Positions 47,145 to 62,883 of a DNA stretch of 64,000 bases are shown in pieces; position 1 is the first letter of the stretch; each line of letters opens with the position of its first letter. The stretch lies in assembly GCA_035524955.1 (NCBI GenBank), contig DATLFG010000042.1:45791-109790 (forward strand), read 5' to 3'. The notes under the pieces were generated by a model. That model was not told the DNA's origin. It saw only the letters and a program-made list of their open reading frames with translations, and did not search any database. The DNA comes from Candidatus Limnocylindria bacterium. Its GTDB lineage: Bacteria; Methylomirabilota; Methylomirabilia; Rokubacteriales; CSP1-6. The position numbers and the translations under genes were made by a program.

Positions 47145-48913
47145 GACTCTCCTTCCTCCGGGCTCCGCGGCCGCACCGCGACCACCTCCCCCTGGAATGC
47201 GCTCAGCGCGGCCTGCACCGCCGGGTGGTTCCGGGCTCCCCCGCCGCTGCTCCCCGCGCCACCATTGGCATCGAGCTCGAACCGCCGCGCCGACGCCACG
47301 TGGCGCCGCACGGCCTCGTTGATCAGCTCCTTGTTGCCGCGATCGTTCAGCATCTCCCGGTGGAAGCCGCTGGCCTCGAGCACCAGCGTGAGCACGCCGT
47401 CCTCCACCCGCTGCGGCGTCGCGTGCTGGAGCACCGAGCCCAGCACCGCCTTGCGCTTCATGACGTCGGCGACGACGCGCTCCCACGCGTCTCCAAGCCC
47501 GGCGGGCGCTGGGAGCCCGGCGGGCGGGGGCGGGGCGGGCTCGGTGGCCTCCATGTCGGCGGCCGCGGCCTCGATGAGGGGCTCGACGTCGAGCGGCCGG
47601 CCGCTCCTGCCCGGGACCGCGGGCGCCGGGGCCGGCATCGCGGGAGCCGGCCCGCGCGCGGGCGCCGGCCGCGCATCGAGCAGCGTCTCCTGCACGACCA
47701 CGGCGCGGCCCGTCGCGCTCGCCGCGGCAGACGGCATCCGGCGCAGCCGTGCCTCCGCCTCCTCGAGCTTGCCGATCAGCGTCTCGATGGCCTGCGGCTG
47801 CGGGCGCTGGGTGGCGCGCACCGTCGCGATCTCGAGCTCGACGCGGGGGTGCGGCGAGCGGCGCATCTCGGCGTCCGCGTCGAGAAACGCCCGGAGCACG
47901 TAGAGCAGCTCGTCGGCCGACACCGGCTCCGCGACCGCCTTCAGCTCGGCGGCCTCGGCGGGCGTCAGGTCGACGAACGGGGCGCCCGGGGCCACCTTCG
48001 TCACGAGCAGGCGGCGGGTCATCTCGACCGCCTCGCGGCAGAGCGTGCCCAGGTCCTCCCCCGCCGTCGCGGCGCGATCCACCGCTTCCAGCGCGGCGCC
48101 CCCGTCGCGCGCGAGCAGGGCGCCCACGAAGCCGCGCACGTGCACCGGGGAGGACGAGCCGAGCAGCCGGGCCACGCCCGCCTCGTCGAGCTTGCCCTCG
48201 CCGTAGGCGATCGCGGTGTCGAGCAGCGAGAGCGCGTCCCGCAGGCTGCCCTCGGCGGCGCGGATGAGGAGCGGCAGGGCCCCCGGCTCGAAGGGCACGC
48301 GCTCCTCCTCGAGGATGCGGGTGAGGCTCGCGGCCAGCAGCTCGGGCGGGATCGGCCGGAAGTCGAAGCGCTGGCAGCGCGAGAGCACGGTGGCCGGGAT
48401 CTTCTTGGGGTCGGTGGTGGCGAGGATGAAGACCACGTGCGCGGGCGGCTCCTCCAGCGTCTTCAGGAACGCGTTGAAGGCCGCGCCGGAGAGCATGTGG
48501 ACCTCGTCCACGATGTAGACCTTGAAGCGGCCTCGGGCCGGCGAGTACTTCACGTTTTCCCGGAGGGTCCGGATGTCGTCCACGCTCGTGTTGGATGCCG
48601 CGTCGATCTCCATCACGTCCACCGGCGCGCCCGAGACGAAGTCCTGGCAGGACGGGCAGGCGCCGCACGCCTCGGTGCCGGCGCGCGCGGTGCACGCCAG
48701 CGCCTTGGCCAGGAGGCGCGCGGTGGTGGTCTTGCCGACGCCGCGCGGGCCGGTGAACAGATACGCGTGGGCCACGCGGCCCGAGGCGAGCGCATTGCGC
48801 AGCGTGCGCGTGACGGGATCCTGCCCCACGACCGCGTCGAAGACCTGCGGCCGCCACTTCCGCGCCAGGACCTGGTAGGTCAAAGACCGTGCACCCTCAA
48901 TCGAACCGCCCAT
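47138..48913 (-). CDS. dnaX: DNA polymerase III subunits gamma/tau
   Basis: 'YQVLARKWRPQVFDAVVGQDPV', Walker A 'GPRGVGKTTTARLLAKALAC', Zn module 'CGACPSCQ', 'IVDEVHMLS', 'SRCQRFDFR'. Confidence 0.9.
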   Translation of the reverse strand: MGGSIEGARSLTYQVLARKWRPQVFDAVVGQDPVTRTLRNALASGRVAHAYLFTGPRGVGKTTTARLLAKALACTARAGTEACGACPSCQDFVSGAPVDVMEIDAASNTSVDDIRTLRENVKYSPARGRFKVYIVDEVHMLSGAAFNAFLKTLEEPPAHVVFILATTDPKKIPATVLSRCQRFDFRPIPPELLAASLTRILEEERVPFEPGALPLLIRAAEGSLRDALSLLDTAIAYGEGKLDEAGVARLLGSSSPVHVRGFVGALLARDGGAALEAVDRAATAGEDLGTLCREAVEMTRRLLVTKVAPGAPFVDLTPAEAAELKAVAEPVSADELLYVLRAFLDADAEMRRSPHPRVELEIATVRATQRPQPQAIETLIGKLEEAEARLRRMPSAAASATGRAVVVQETLLDARPAPARGPAPAMPAPAPAVPGRSGRPLDVEPLIEAAAADMEATEPAPPPPAGLPAPAGLGDAWERVVADVMKRKAVLGSVLQHATPQRVEDGVLTLVLEASGFHREMLNDRGNKELINEAVRRHVASARRFELDANGGAGSSGGGARNHPAVQAALSAFQGEVVAVRPRSPEEGESR

Positions 48914-48919
48914 ACCGCG

Positions 48920-49040
48920 ATCTCCGTACGAAACCTGCTCCGGTCAGGTACTCCCACGGCACACGAGAGGGGCGCCTTACCGTTGCTCCCTTCCGGGCCT
49001 GGCGGGGTTCGACGCATCCCGTTGCGTGGGGCCCAACCTT
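48920..49040 (-). ncRNA. ffs: Signal recognition particle RNA (small 4.5S type), putative
   Basis: The minus strand contains 'GGCCCGGAAGGGAGCAACGGUAAGGCG...GUGUGCCGUGGGAGUACCUGACCGGAG', resembling the SRP RNA domain IV consensus. Positioned immediately upstream of dnaX, as in many bacteria. Boundaries are approximate. Confidence 0.5.
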
Positions 49041-49342
49041 CAACGCCGTCCCGTACGGCTCATTCGACACGACCGACCCTCGAGAGGGAATTCAACCCCG
49101 CTATAGCGGATTGCGGGTTACAGGGCACCGCTACCTCCCCGTCTAGCACGGCCCACCTGCGCCGGCCGCCGATAAGGGCCCAGTGGCTTCGTTGGCGCCC
49201 TCGAGCGCACGCTCGACGTACAGGGAGTACGCCTCGCGTGCGCTCTTCGGGCGCCGCCTCGCCACTGGACCCTTCTCGCCGCCCGGCAAGCTCATCACGC
49301 TTCGCTACTCCGGCGCGCTCATGACGCACGCGCGGCTGGAAA

Positions 49343-49432
49343 TGGCGGAGGGGGTGGGATTCGAACCCACGGTACAGTTGCCCGTACACGGCATTTCCAG
49401 TGCCGCACCTTCGGCCACTCGGCCACCCCTCC
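49343..49432 (-). tRNA. tRNA-Ser (anticodon GGA)
   Basis: Reverse complement reads GGAGGGGTGGCCGAGTGGCCGAAGGTGCGGCACTGGAAATGCCGT...GGGTTCGAATCCCACCCCCTCCGCCA. Long variable arm. Anticodon loop CUGGAAA. Confidence 0.85.
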
Positions 49433-49469
49433 GCGCGTCTCCGGCACACTCCTGAAGGTGCGATCAAAT

Positions 49470-49561
49470 TGGCGGAGGGGAGAGGATTTGAACCCCCGAG
49501 GGACTTGCGCCCCTATCCGATTTCGAGTCGGACGCCTTCAACCGGGCTCGGCCACCCCTCC
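49470..49561 (-). tRNA. tRNA-Ser (anticodon CGA)
   Basis: Reverse complement reads GGAGGGGTGGCCGAGCCCGGTTGAAGGCGTCCGACTCGAAATCGGAT...GGGTTCAAATCCTCTCCCCTCCGCCA. Long variable arm. Anticodon loop CUCGAAA. Confidence 0.85.
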
Positions 49562-50285
49562 GCTATGCTATTCAGCACTTAGCTCGCTACTGCACCATCG
49601 GTCGCGCTGTCCGTTCCCTACAAGGTCCACGTTGAGACCCCCACTCGCCTGCAGCCAACCAGGCGACCTACGGCCGCCAGGGGGTGCTCAGGCTTGGCCT
49701 GCCCTCAAGCTGGTTCGGGTCCTGGCCCAGGGTCCTGAGTATAGCCTGAGCTCCAGAGACGGTCCCGGGGAAAGAACTTCGCCGCCGCTCGACCGGGGCA
49801 CGCGAAGCGAGAGGCAGAGATGGGCGAGCTCGCTGGCGGGCCGCTGCACCGCGTCTTAGCCCGCCCCGATCCCAGCCGCGCAGTCTTTTCAGGGAATCGG
49901 CATCTCTAGATGTGGGTAATCGCCTGATACCCCCTGAGTAATCGCGTACCGCGCACTTCGCGACCGCAGCTTCGTAACCCGGCACAGAATCACGCAGGCC
50001 AGCCTGGGTACGGTCCTTGCTCACCTTGGTGAAGCGTGGATATTTTGCCATGCGTCGCATGTTCGGTCCCGCGCACGGCCATCGGCTACCTCGTCGATCG
50101 CGTGGCTGGCGCTGTGTCTGGCTTCGTGATCCTGGTGGGGCTCCTCCCCTTGGCGTGGCTTTTCGGGACGCCCTGACCATGCGTTACCACCCCCACGGAA
50201 GGATCGACTATTCCACCGCCCCGGCCAGGCGGGACCCGTCACCCGCAGTCGGCTCAAGTCGTGCCGGCGACCGAGGCGAGCCGCG

Positions 50286-51992
50286 TTGGCAACGTCGCGT
50301 TGCTGCGCGCAGTCCTCGGCGAGGGGCGATGCGGTGAGCGAGGTAACGATCGTGGCATCGGTCGCATTCGTCTCGGCACTCGTGGGTGTCGGGTGGTACA
50401 CGCCTCGCTTTGGGCTCGGAGCCCGGAATCAAGATGGGCGCATCCAGCCGGCTACCGGAAGAGCGCTGGCGTTCGCTTGCTGCGTGGCCCTCGCCACCGC
50501 GATCATGGCCTGGCGTTATGTGGGCTTTCAGTCCAGCGACGACGGCCACTACCTGGCGGCGGCGCTGGGCTGGCTCGAGCATTTCCCTTACGTGGGGGGC
50601 GCGCACCGGACGTTGCGTCACACGATTGCGTTGCCCGTCGCGGCGACGGTCGGGCTGTTCGGCCTGAAGGAGCTCGCGGTGAGCCTGTCCGGCATTCTGT
50701 ACTTCCTGGGCCTCGTCGCCGTGAACACCTTCTGGGCGTCGCGCTTCATCGGGCTCCTGCCCGCCTTCACCGGGACGCTTCTGATGGTCACCGCGCCCGG
50801 GTTCGTCGTGACCGCCACCTACCTGAACGCCGACCTCGTCGAGTTGTTCTACATTTCGGCTGCGTTCTGGGCCTTCGTGTACTCGATCGAAAACCCGGAC
50901 AAGCGGTGGCCGCTGGTTCTGGCCGGGGTGGCGGCCGCCCTGGGCATCTTGACCCGCGAGACGGCGGCCGCCTTCGCCCTCTTCCTGGGGCTCCTCTTCC
51001 TGTTCCACCCGATGATGCCCCGGAAGAACTATTTCACCATTGCGGCGGGGGCGCTCGCCGTGCTGGGTGCCGAGTGGGCATATCTCACGGCAATGACCGG
51101 CAACCCTCTGTACCGAATCGGCGTCGTCGAGCACCACGACGTCATCAGCCGGGCGGCCGAGCTTGCGCGGACCCTCGAGCGAGGAGCCCTGATCGATGCG
51201 GAAGGCACCGTGTCGGTCAGCGTCTGGCTCGATCCGATCCTCAGTCTCTTCGTGACCCAGAAGTACGGCTTGCTCTTCTGGGCCGCGATTCCCGCCGCCG
51301 TCCTGCTGCTCAAGGATCGGGCCACCGCGCCCAGATCCTCGCGGGTGCTCCGGCTGATATCGAGCTTCGCCCTCGTCTGGTACGCCTTCATCGTCCTGAA
51401 CCCGAAGCTGTACCTCGTGCCCCGGTATCTGGTTGTGACCGCCTCCTTCATGAGCCTGCTCGTGGGCTGGTGGCTGACCATGCAGTGGCAGGCGGGCCGG
51501 CGCGCCCTCACGGCCGCGCTTGCCGGCGTCCTGGTCGGGGTGAATCTGCTCGGGTTGAGCGTGGCAATCGTCAATCCGCGCTTTGCCGAGCGCGAGCTCG
51601 TGCGGGTCGTGACCGCGCATCCGGGCGAGACGATCTACACCGATCCGGGCACCAAGCGCCGTGCGGAGTTCTTCCTGCGCTTCCAGGGGTTGGATGAGCG
51701 GACCGTCTCGTCCGGAATGCCACCCGCCCACGCGCTCGTCCTCTACAACGAAGAGTCGATGGCCCGCTGCGCGCGCACGGTCCGCTGCCTGGAGGCTCTC
51801 ACCGGCTATGCGCCGAAGAGCAACTGGCAAGAGATTGCTCGAATCGACCCGCCCCGCAGCCTGGCCGCGGAGGTGGTCGAGGTGCAGCCCCTGCAGGGGC
51901 TGCTGCCGCGAGACGTGCTGCGCAAGATCACGCAGCCGGTGACCCCCGTCGTCCTGTACCGCGTCCCGAGCTCCGGGGACGGTAGGAGCTAG
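50286..51992 (+). CDS. GT39/ArnT/PMT-family membrane glycosyltransferase (polyprenyl-phosphate-sugar dependent)
   Basis: Multiple transmembrane helices with an N-terminal loop containing 'SSDDGHYL'. Overall ArnT/PMT-like topology, ~550 aa. The start is uncertain. Confidence 0.65.
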   Translation: MATSRCCAQSSARGDAVSEVTIVASVAFVSALVGVGWYTPRFGLGARNQDGRIQPATGRALAFACCVALATAIMAWRYVGFQSSDDGHYLAAALGWLEHFPYVGGAHRTLRHTIALPVAATVGLFGLKELAVSLSGILYFLGLVAVNTFWASRFIGLLPAFTGTLLMVTAPGFVVTATYLNADLVELFYISAAFWAFVYSIENPDKRWPLVLAGVAAALGILTRETAAAFALFLGLLFLFHPMMPRKNYFTIAAGALAVLGAEWAYLTAMTGNPLYRIGVVEHHDVISRAAELARTLERGALIDAEGTVSVSVWLDPILSLFVTQKYGLLFWAAIPAAVLLLKDRATAPRSSRVLRLISSFALVWYAFIVLNPKLYLVPRYLVVTASFMSLLVGWWLTMQWQAGRRALTAALAGVLVGVNLLGLSVAIVNPRFAERELVRVVTAHPGETIYTDPGTKRRAEFFLRFQGLDERTVSSGMPPAHALVLYNEESMARCARTVRCLEALTGYAPKSNWQEIARIDPPRSLAAEVVEVQPLQGLLPRDVLRKITQPVTPVVLYRVPSSGDGRS

Positions 51993-51998
51993 ATCAGA

Positions 51999-53054
51999 AT
52001 GGCAGACCGTATCGAGCCACAGCCTGACGCCGCCGAGCCGTACCGGATCGCGGTGCTGGTGCCGTGCTACAACGAGGAAGCCGCCGTCGGCGCGGTGGTG
52101 AGGGATTTTCGCGCCGCCCTGCCCGAGGCGACGATCTACGTCTACGACAATAACTCGAGGGACTGCACGGTCGACGTCGCGCGGGCCGCCGGCGCGATCG
52201 TGCGCCATGAGCCCTTGCCGGGCAAGGGCAACGTCGTGAGACGAATGTTTGCCGACGTCGAGGCAGACATCTATGTCCTGGTGGACGGTGACGCGACCTA
52301 TCATGCGGCCAGCGCTCCGGTCATGATCGACAAGCTCATCACCGAGCAGCTCGACATGGTGGTCGGGTGCCGGGTCGGTTCGGACAGCCGAGCCTACCGG
52401 GCCGGCCACCGGCTCGGCAATGCGCTGTTCACGGGCTCCGTGGCCAAGCTGTTCGGCAACCGCTTCACCGATATCCTGTCTGGCTACCGAGTGTTCTCAC
52501 GCCGATTCGTCAGGTCGTTCCCCGCGCTGGCCCAGGGATTCGAGATCGAGACCGAGCTTTGCGTGCACGCGCTCGAGCTGCGTATGCCAATCGGCGAGAT
52601 CAATACACACTACGGGGCGCGGCCCGAGGGCTCGCAGAGCAAGCTGTCCACGTTCCGCGACGGCTTTCGTATTCTGGTCATGATCCTTGCTCTCTTCAAG
52701 AACGAGCGGCCGCTGCAATACTTCAGCATCGCCTTCGCCCTGCTGGCGAGTGTGTCGCTGGTGCTGGCCGCTCCCCTCGTCCAGACGTATCTGGAGAGCG
52801 GCCTCGTGCCGCGATTCCCGACCGCGCTCCTCGCCACCGGTATCATGCTCCTGGCCTTCCTGAGTCTCACGTGCGGAGTCATCCTCGATACCGTGACCCA
52901 CGGACGCCGCGAGATGAAGCGGCTCGCGTACCTCTCGATCCCGGGACCCCGGCCCGGGAACCTGGGGGATGATTCCTCGGGGTTCCGGGTCGCCGACACG
53001 CTCCCCGCTGATCGCGCGGGGATCGGTGAGCCCGAGCGCTCGCAAATGATCTAG
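51999..53054 (+). CDS. GT2-family polyprenyl-phosphate sugar synthase (DPM1/ArnC-like) with C-terminal membrane anchor
   Basis: 'IAVLVPCYNEE' is a GT-A start, with 'DNNSRD' and 'VLVDGDATY' (DxD). C-terminal transmembrane helices. Adjacent to the GT39 gene. Confidence 0.8.
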   Translation: MADRIEPQPDAAEPYRIAVLVPCYNEEAAVGAVVRDFRAALPEATIYVYDNNSRDCTVDVARAAGAIVRHEPLPGKGNVVRRMFADVEADIYVLVDGDATYHAASAPVMIDKLITEQLDMVVGCRVGSDSRAYRAGHRLGNALFTGSVAKLFGNRFTDILSGYRVFSRRFVRSFPALAQGFEIETELCVHALELRMPIGEINTHYGARPEGSQSKLSTFRDGFRILVMILALFKNERPLQYFSIAFALLASVSLVLAAPLVQTYLESGLVPRFPTALLATGIMLLAFLSLTCGVILDTVTHGRREMKRLAYLSIPGPRPGNLGDDSSGFRVADTLPADRAGIGEPERSQMI

Positions 53055-53116
53055 CGGGAGAGTCGACCCTTACCGCCGGGCGGGGTCAGAGCCTGCGCGC
53101 GGGCGACCGCGAGCGC

Positions 53117-53635
<519 letters not shown>

Positions 53636-53832
53636 CTAGGGGGCCGGGCGAAGCTGCATGCGGTTGTCGAGAGGCGAACTGCCGACAGGCGACGGGCACT
53701 CACCCGTCCAGCCCAATCTCTCCCATGACTCGGCCGTCTGGTCGACCGAGCGGATGCGGGACGCCAAGAGGCCACTGCCCTGCGCAGCCGCGGGGGGCCG
53801 TCCGGGCGCCCCCTCGCAACTGCGCGTCGAAA

Positions 53833-53909
53833 TGGTGCGCCCTAGAGGAATCGAACCTCTGGCCTTCGGATTCGTAGTCCGACGCTCTATCCATCTGAGC
53901 TAAGGGCGC
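53833..53909 (-). tRNA. tRNA-Arg (anticodon ACG)
   Basis: Reverse complement reads GCGCCCTTAGCTCAGATGGATAGAGCGTCGGACTACGAATCCGAAGGCCAGAGGTTCGATTCCTCTAGGGCGCACCA. Anticodon loop CUACGAA. Confidence 0.9.
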
Positions 53910-53912
53910 GCA

Positions 53913-54006
53913 TGGCGGAGAGGCCGGGATTCGAACCCGGGACAGAGGTTTTGCCCCTGTAACCGCTTAGCAGGCGGCTGCCTTCGGCCGACTCGGCCAC
54001 CTCTCC
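53913..54006 (-). tRNA. tRNA-Ser (anticodon GCT)
   Basis: Reverse complement reads GGAGAGGTGGCCGAGTCGGCCGAAGGCAGCCGCCTGCTAAGCGGTT...GGGTTCGAATCCCGGCCTCTCCGCCA. Long variable arm. Confidence 0.85.
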
Positions 54007-54144
54007 AAACGTCAAGCCCACAGAGTATATGCCATTCGAGCCGCGCGGACTACCGGGAAGCTGGTGCTTCGGCTGGTCGTCACGCCGCACGAGGCCGGCG
54101 CGGCCACCGTCGAGCAGGCCGCGGGCCGCGGCCGAGATGGAGAA

Positions 54145-54234
54145 TGGCGGAGGGGGAGGGATTCGAACCCCCGATCCCTTGCGGGATTCCGGTTTTCAAG
54201 ACCGGCGCCTTCAACCGGACTCGGCCACCCCTCC
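54145..54234 (-). tRNA. tRNA-Ser (anticodon TGA)
   Basis: Reverse complement reads GGAGGGGTGGCCGAGTCCGGTTGAAGGCGCCGGTCTTGAAAACCGGAAT...GGGTTCGAATCCCTCCCCCTCCGCCA. Long variable arm. Anticodon loop CUUGAAA. Confidence 0.85.
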
Positions 54235-54246
54235 GCGTCGAGCTGC

Positions 54247-55548
54247 CTAGCGTCCCGTCGTGGCCGGGCCGATGCGCTCGAGGCCGCCCATGTAGGGGCG
54301 GAGCGCGGCGGGCACCGTGACGGATCCGTCGGCCTCCTGATAGTTCTCCAGCACCGCGATCAGCGTGCGGCCCACCGCGAGCCCGGAGCCGTTGAGCGTG
54401 TGGCAGAGATCCACCCGGCCGCCGCCCGCGGGACGGTACTTGATGTCGAGCCGGCGCGCCTGGTAGGCCTCGCAGTTCGAGCACGAGGAGATCTCGCGGT
54501 ACTTGCCCTGCCCCGGCAGCCACACCTCGAGGTCGTAGGTCTTCGCGGAGTGGAAGCCCATGTCGCCGGTGCAGAGCGTCACCACGCGGTACGGCAGCTC
54601 GAGCCGCTGGAGCACCGCCTCTGCGCTCCGCACCATCGCCTCGAGCTCGTCATAGGACTGCCCGGGAACGGTCAGCTTCACCATCTCGACCTTGTCGAAC
54701 TGGTGCTGCCGGATCATGCCCTTGGTGTCCTGCCCGTAGGTGCCGGCCTCGCGCCGGTAGCAGGGCGTGAGCGCGCAGTAGCGCCGCGGCAGCTCGGCCT
54801 CGGGCAGGATCTCGCCTCCGTGCAGCGCGGTGAGCGCGACCTCCGCGGTCGGGATCAGGTAGAGCGTGCGACCGGCGTCCGGCTCCACCGTCTTGAACAT
54901 CTGCTCCTCGAACTTGGGCAGCATCGCCACCCCGGTCATGGTCTCCGGGTTCACGAGATGCGGGACCCACACCTCGGTGAACCCGTGCTCGCGCGTGTGC
55001 AGGTCGAGCATCAGCTGCGCGAGCGCGCGCCCGATCCGGGCGGCCGCGCCCCACATCACGGTGAAGCGCGCCTTGGCGATCTTGCTGGCGCGATCGAAAT
55101 CGAGGATCCCGAGCGCCTCGCCGATCTCGAAGTGCTGCTTCGGCTCGAACCCGAACTGCCGCGGCGTCCCCCAGCGGCGCACCTCGACGTTGTCGTCCGC
55201 CGAGCGGCCCTCCGGCACGCTCGCGTGCGGAAGATTCGGGATCTCGAGCAGCAGCGTCTCCAGCCGCGCGTCGGTCTCCTTGATGAGGGCATCGAGCGCC
55301 TTGATGCGGTCGGAGACCTCGCGCATGCGCGCCATCGCGGCCTGCGGGTCCTCGCCGCGCCGCTTGGCCTGGCCGATGGCCTCGGAGGCGCGGTTGCGCT
55401 CGGCCTTCAGCTCCTCGGCATCGGTCACCAGGCGCCGGCGCTCGGTGTCCGCCGCGAGCACGGGCGCGAGCGACACGGAGGCGCCGCGCGTCGCCAGCGC
55501 GCCTTCCACCGCCGCGGGACCTTCTCGGATCAGCTTGATGTCGAGCAC
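54247..55548 (-). CDS. serS: Seryl-tRNA synthetase
   Basis: 'VLDIKLIRE' N-terminal coiled-coil. Class II motifs ('FRREAG', 'GSGLAVGRTLIAVLEN'). The listed ORF extends upstream through a GC-rich hairpin. The start was chosen at the GTG before 'LDIKLIRE'. Confidence 0.9.
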   Translation of the reverse strand: MLDIKLIREGPAAVEGALATRGASVSLAPVLAADTERRRLVTDAEELKAERNRASEAIGQAKRRGEDPQAAMARMREVSDRIKALDALIKETDARLETLLLEIPNLPHASVPEGRSADDNVEVRRWGTPRQFGFEPKQHFEIGEALGILDFDRASKIAKARFTVMWGAAARIGRALAQLMLDLHTREHGFTEVWVPHLVNPETMTGVAMLPKFEEQMFKTVEPDAGRTLYLIPTAEVALTALHGGEILPEAELPRRYCALTPCYRREAGTYGQDTKGMIRQHQFDKVEMVKLTVPGQSYDELEAMVRSAEAVLQRLELPYRVVTLCTGDMGFHSAKTYDLEVWLPGQGKYREISSCSNCEAYQARRLDIKYRPAGGGRVDLCHTLNGSGLAVGRTLIAVLENYQEADGSVTVPAALRPYMGGLERIGPATTGR

Positions 55549-55554
55549 CGCCTT

Positions 55555-55600
55555 GCCTCCGCCCCCCTCCCCCTCTCCCCTGAGCGGGAGAGGGAGAAAA
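55555..55600. repeat. GC-rich hairpin repeat element, copy C (shorter)
   Basis: 'gcccccctccccctctcccc tgagc gggagagggagaa' is related to copies A and B. Located between the gyrA stop and the serS start. Confidence 0.45.
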
Positions 55601-55669
55601 CCATAACAAAAAGGAGGCCGCAGCGGCGCGCGGCCTCCGTCACCCCGTCCGACGCTCCGCCGGCGGGGC

Positions 55670-58114
<2,445 letters not shown>

Positions 58115-58130
58115 GGACCGGGTCCGTCTC

Positions 58131-61597
<3,467 letters not shown>

Positions 61598-61621
61598 CGA
61601 TTTTCGCTCCCATGAGAGCCG

Positions 61622-62722
61622 TTAAATCCTCATGGGCATGATAACACACAGGGTTCCCTCGTCCTCGAAGCTTTTGAACACTCCGGGGCTCAAACCGTCC
61701 TTCAGCTCGATCAGAACCTGCTCGCCGCCCTGCGCGCCCAGCGCGTCGAGCACGTAGCGCGAGTTGAATCCGATCGTGATCTCTTCTCCCGCGAACTGCG
61801 CTTCCATCTGCTCTTCGGCTTCACCGTAGTCCGGGCTATTCGCCGTCAACTTGAGCTGACCCGGCACGAACAGGAAGCGCACCGGCTTCGTCCGCTCCTC
61901 GGAGAGCACGGACACCCGCCGCAGCGCGGCCGTCAGCGCCGCGCGCGACAGCGTGACCCGATGCGGGTGCGCGCGCGGCACGACCTGCTCGTAGTTCGGA
62001 AACGTACCCTCGATCAGGCGGGCCATCAGGAGGACGTTCGGCATGCGGATCATGAACTGGTTGTCGCTGACCGCGATCTGTACCTCCTCGCCGGATCCCA
62101 CGATGCGGGCGACTTCCTGAACCGCCTTGCGCGGAACGATCCCGGACATCGCCGGGCCCGCGCTCGGGAGCTGGCGCACCGCCAGGGCCAGCCGGTGTCC
62201 GTCGGTGGCGACCATCCGAAGCTCCTTGTCCTGCACCGCGAACAGGACCCCGTTCAGGGCATAGCGGCTCTCGTCGTGGGAGATCGCGAAGGTCGTCTGG
62301 CCCAGCATGTCGCGGAGGATCTTGCCGTCGATCCCGAGCCAGCCGGTCATCGCCCCGTCCCCCACCGCGGGAAACTCCTCGGGCGTGAGACCGACCAGCC
62401 GATACGAGGCTCCCGCGCAGCGCAAGGCAACCCATGCGTTCTCCTGCACCTTCAGGGCGAGCGGCGCCGACGGCAGCTCCTTGACGATCTCCATCAGCTT
62501 GCGCGCCGAGATCGTGATGGTCCCGGGCTTGACCACCTTGGCAGGACCCGTGACGCGCACGCTAACCTCGAGATCGGTCGCCGTCATCGTCAGAGTGTCG
62601 CCCTGGGCCTCGAGCAGAACATTCGCCAGCACCGGCAGGGTTTGGCGCGGCTCGACCACGTTGTGCACCATCTGGAGGCCACGCATGAATGCGTCACGGT
62701 CCACAAGGACTTCCATAAGCAT
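61622..62722 (-). CDS. dnaN: DNA polymerase III beta subunit (sliding clamp)
   Basis: Three-domain beta clamp: 'QTLPVLANVLLEA', 'RYVLDAL'. ~366 aa. Confidence 0.9.
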   Translation of the reverse strand: MLMEVLVDRDAFMRGLQMVHNVVEPRQTLPVLANVLLEAQGDTLTMTATDLEVSVRVTGPAKVVKPGTITISARKLMEIVKELPSAPLALKVQENAWVALRCAGASYRLVGLTPEEFPAVGDGAMTGWLGIDGKILRDMLGQTTFAISHDESRYALNGVLFAVQDKELRMVATDGHRLALAVRQLPSAGPAMSGIVPRKAVQEVARIVGSGEEVQIAVSDNQFMIRMPNVLLMARLIEGTFPNYEQVVPRAHPHRVTLSRAALTAALRRVSVLSEERTKPVRFLFVPGQLKLTANSPDYGEAEEQMEAQFAGEEITIGFNSRYVLDALGAQGGEQVLIELKDGLSPGVFKSFEDEGTLCVIMPMRI

Positions 62723-62783
62723 CTCCGTTGTTCAGATTGTAGAAAGAAACAGAAGATGTCGGCGTCGTAGGGAAAGGCGGACG

Positions 62784-62792
62784 TGTGGATAG
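62784..62792 (+). promoter_or_regulatory. DnaA box-like 9-mer (TGTGGATAG) in the dnaN-dnaA intergenic region
   Basis: Matches 8 of 9 positions of the TGTGGATAA consensus. A relatively AT-rich stretch lies next to it at 62731-62760. Confidence 0.4.
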
Positions 62793-62883
62793 CCGGGCGG
62801 ACGAAAAAGACCGTCGTGGGATGCGAGGTTAGCGGGAGCACGGCGGTGGATCGCGCTGGGGATGAGGCGGAAGAAGGCGCGGA

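Noticed and set aside
46815-48857. 680-aa minus-strand ORF spanning ybaB and most of dnaX in a different frame
   Set aside because: Only its last ~109 aa (YbaB) are meaningful. The rest is an Arg/Gly/Ala-rich off-frame reading of dnaX, and the real dnaX is the 47138-48913 ORF.
49580-49870. Candidate RNase P RNA or tmRNA in the non-coding stretch after the tRNA-Ser pair
   Set aside because: The RNase P P4 consensus (AGGAAAGUCCGGGCUCC), the tmRNA tag-encoding region and the tRNA-like tmRNA 3' end could not be found by eye on either strand.
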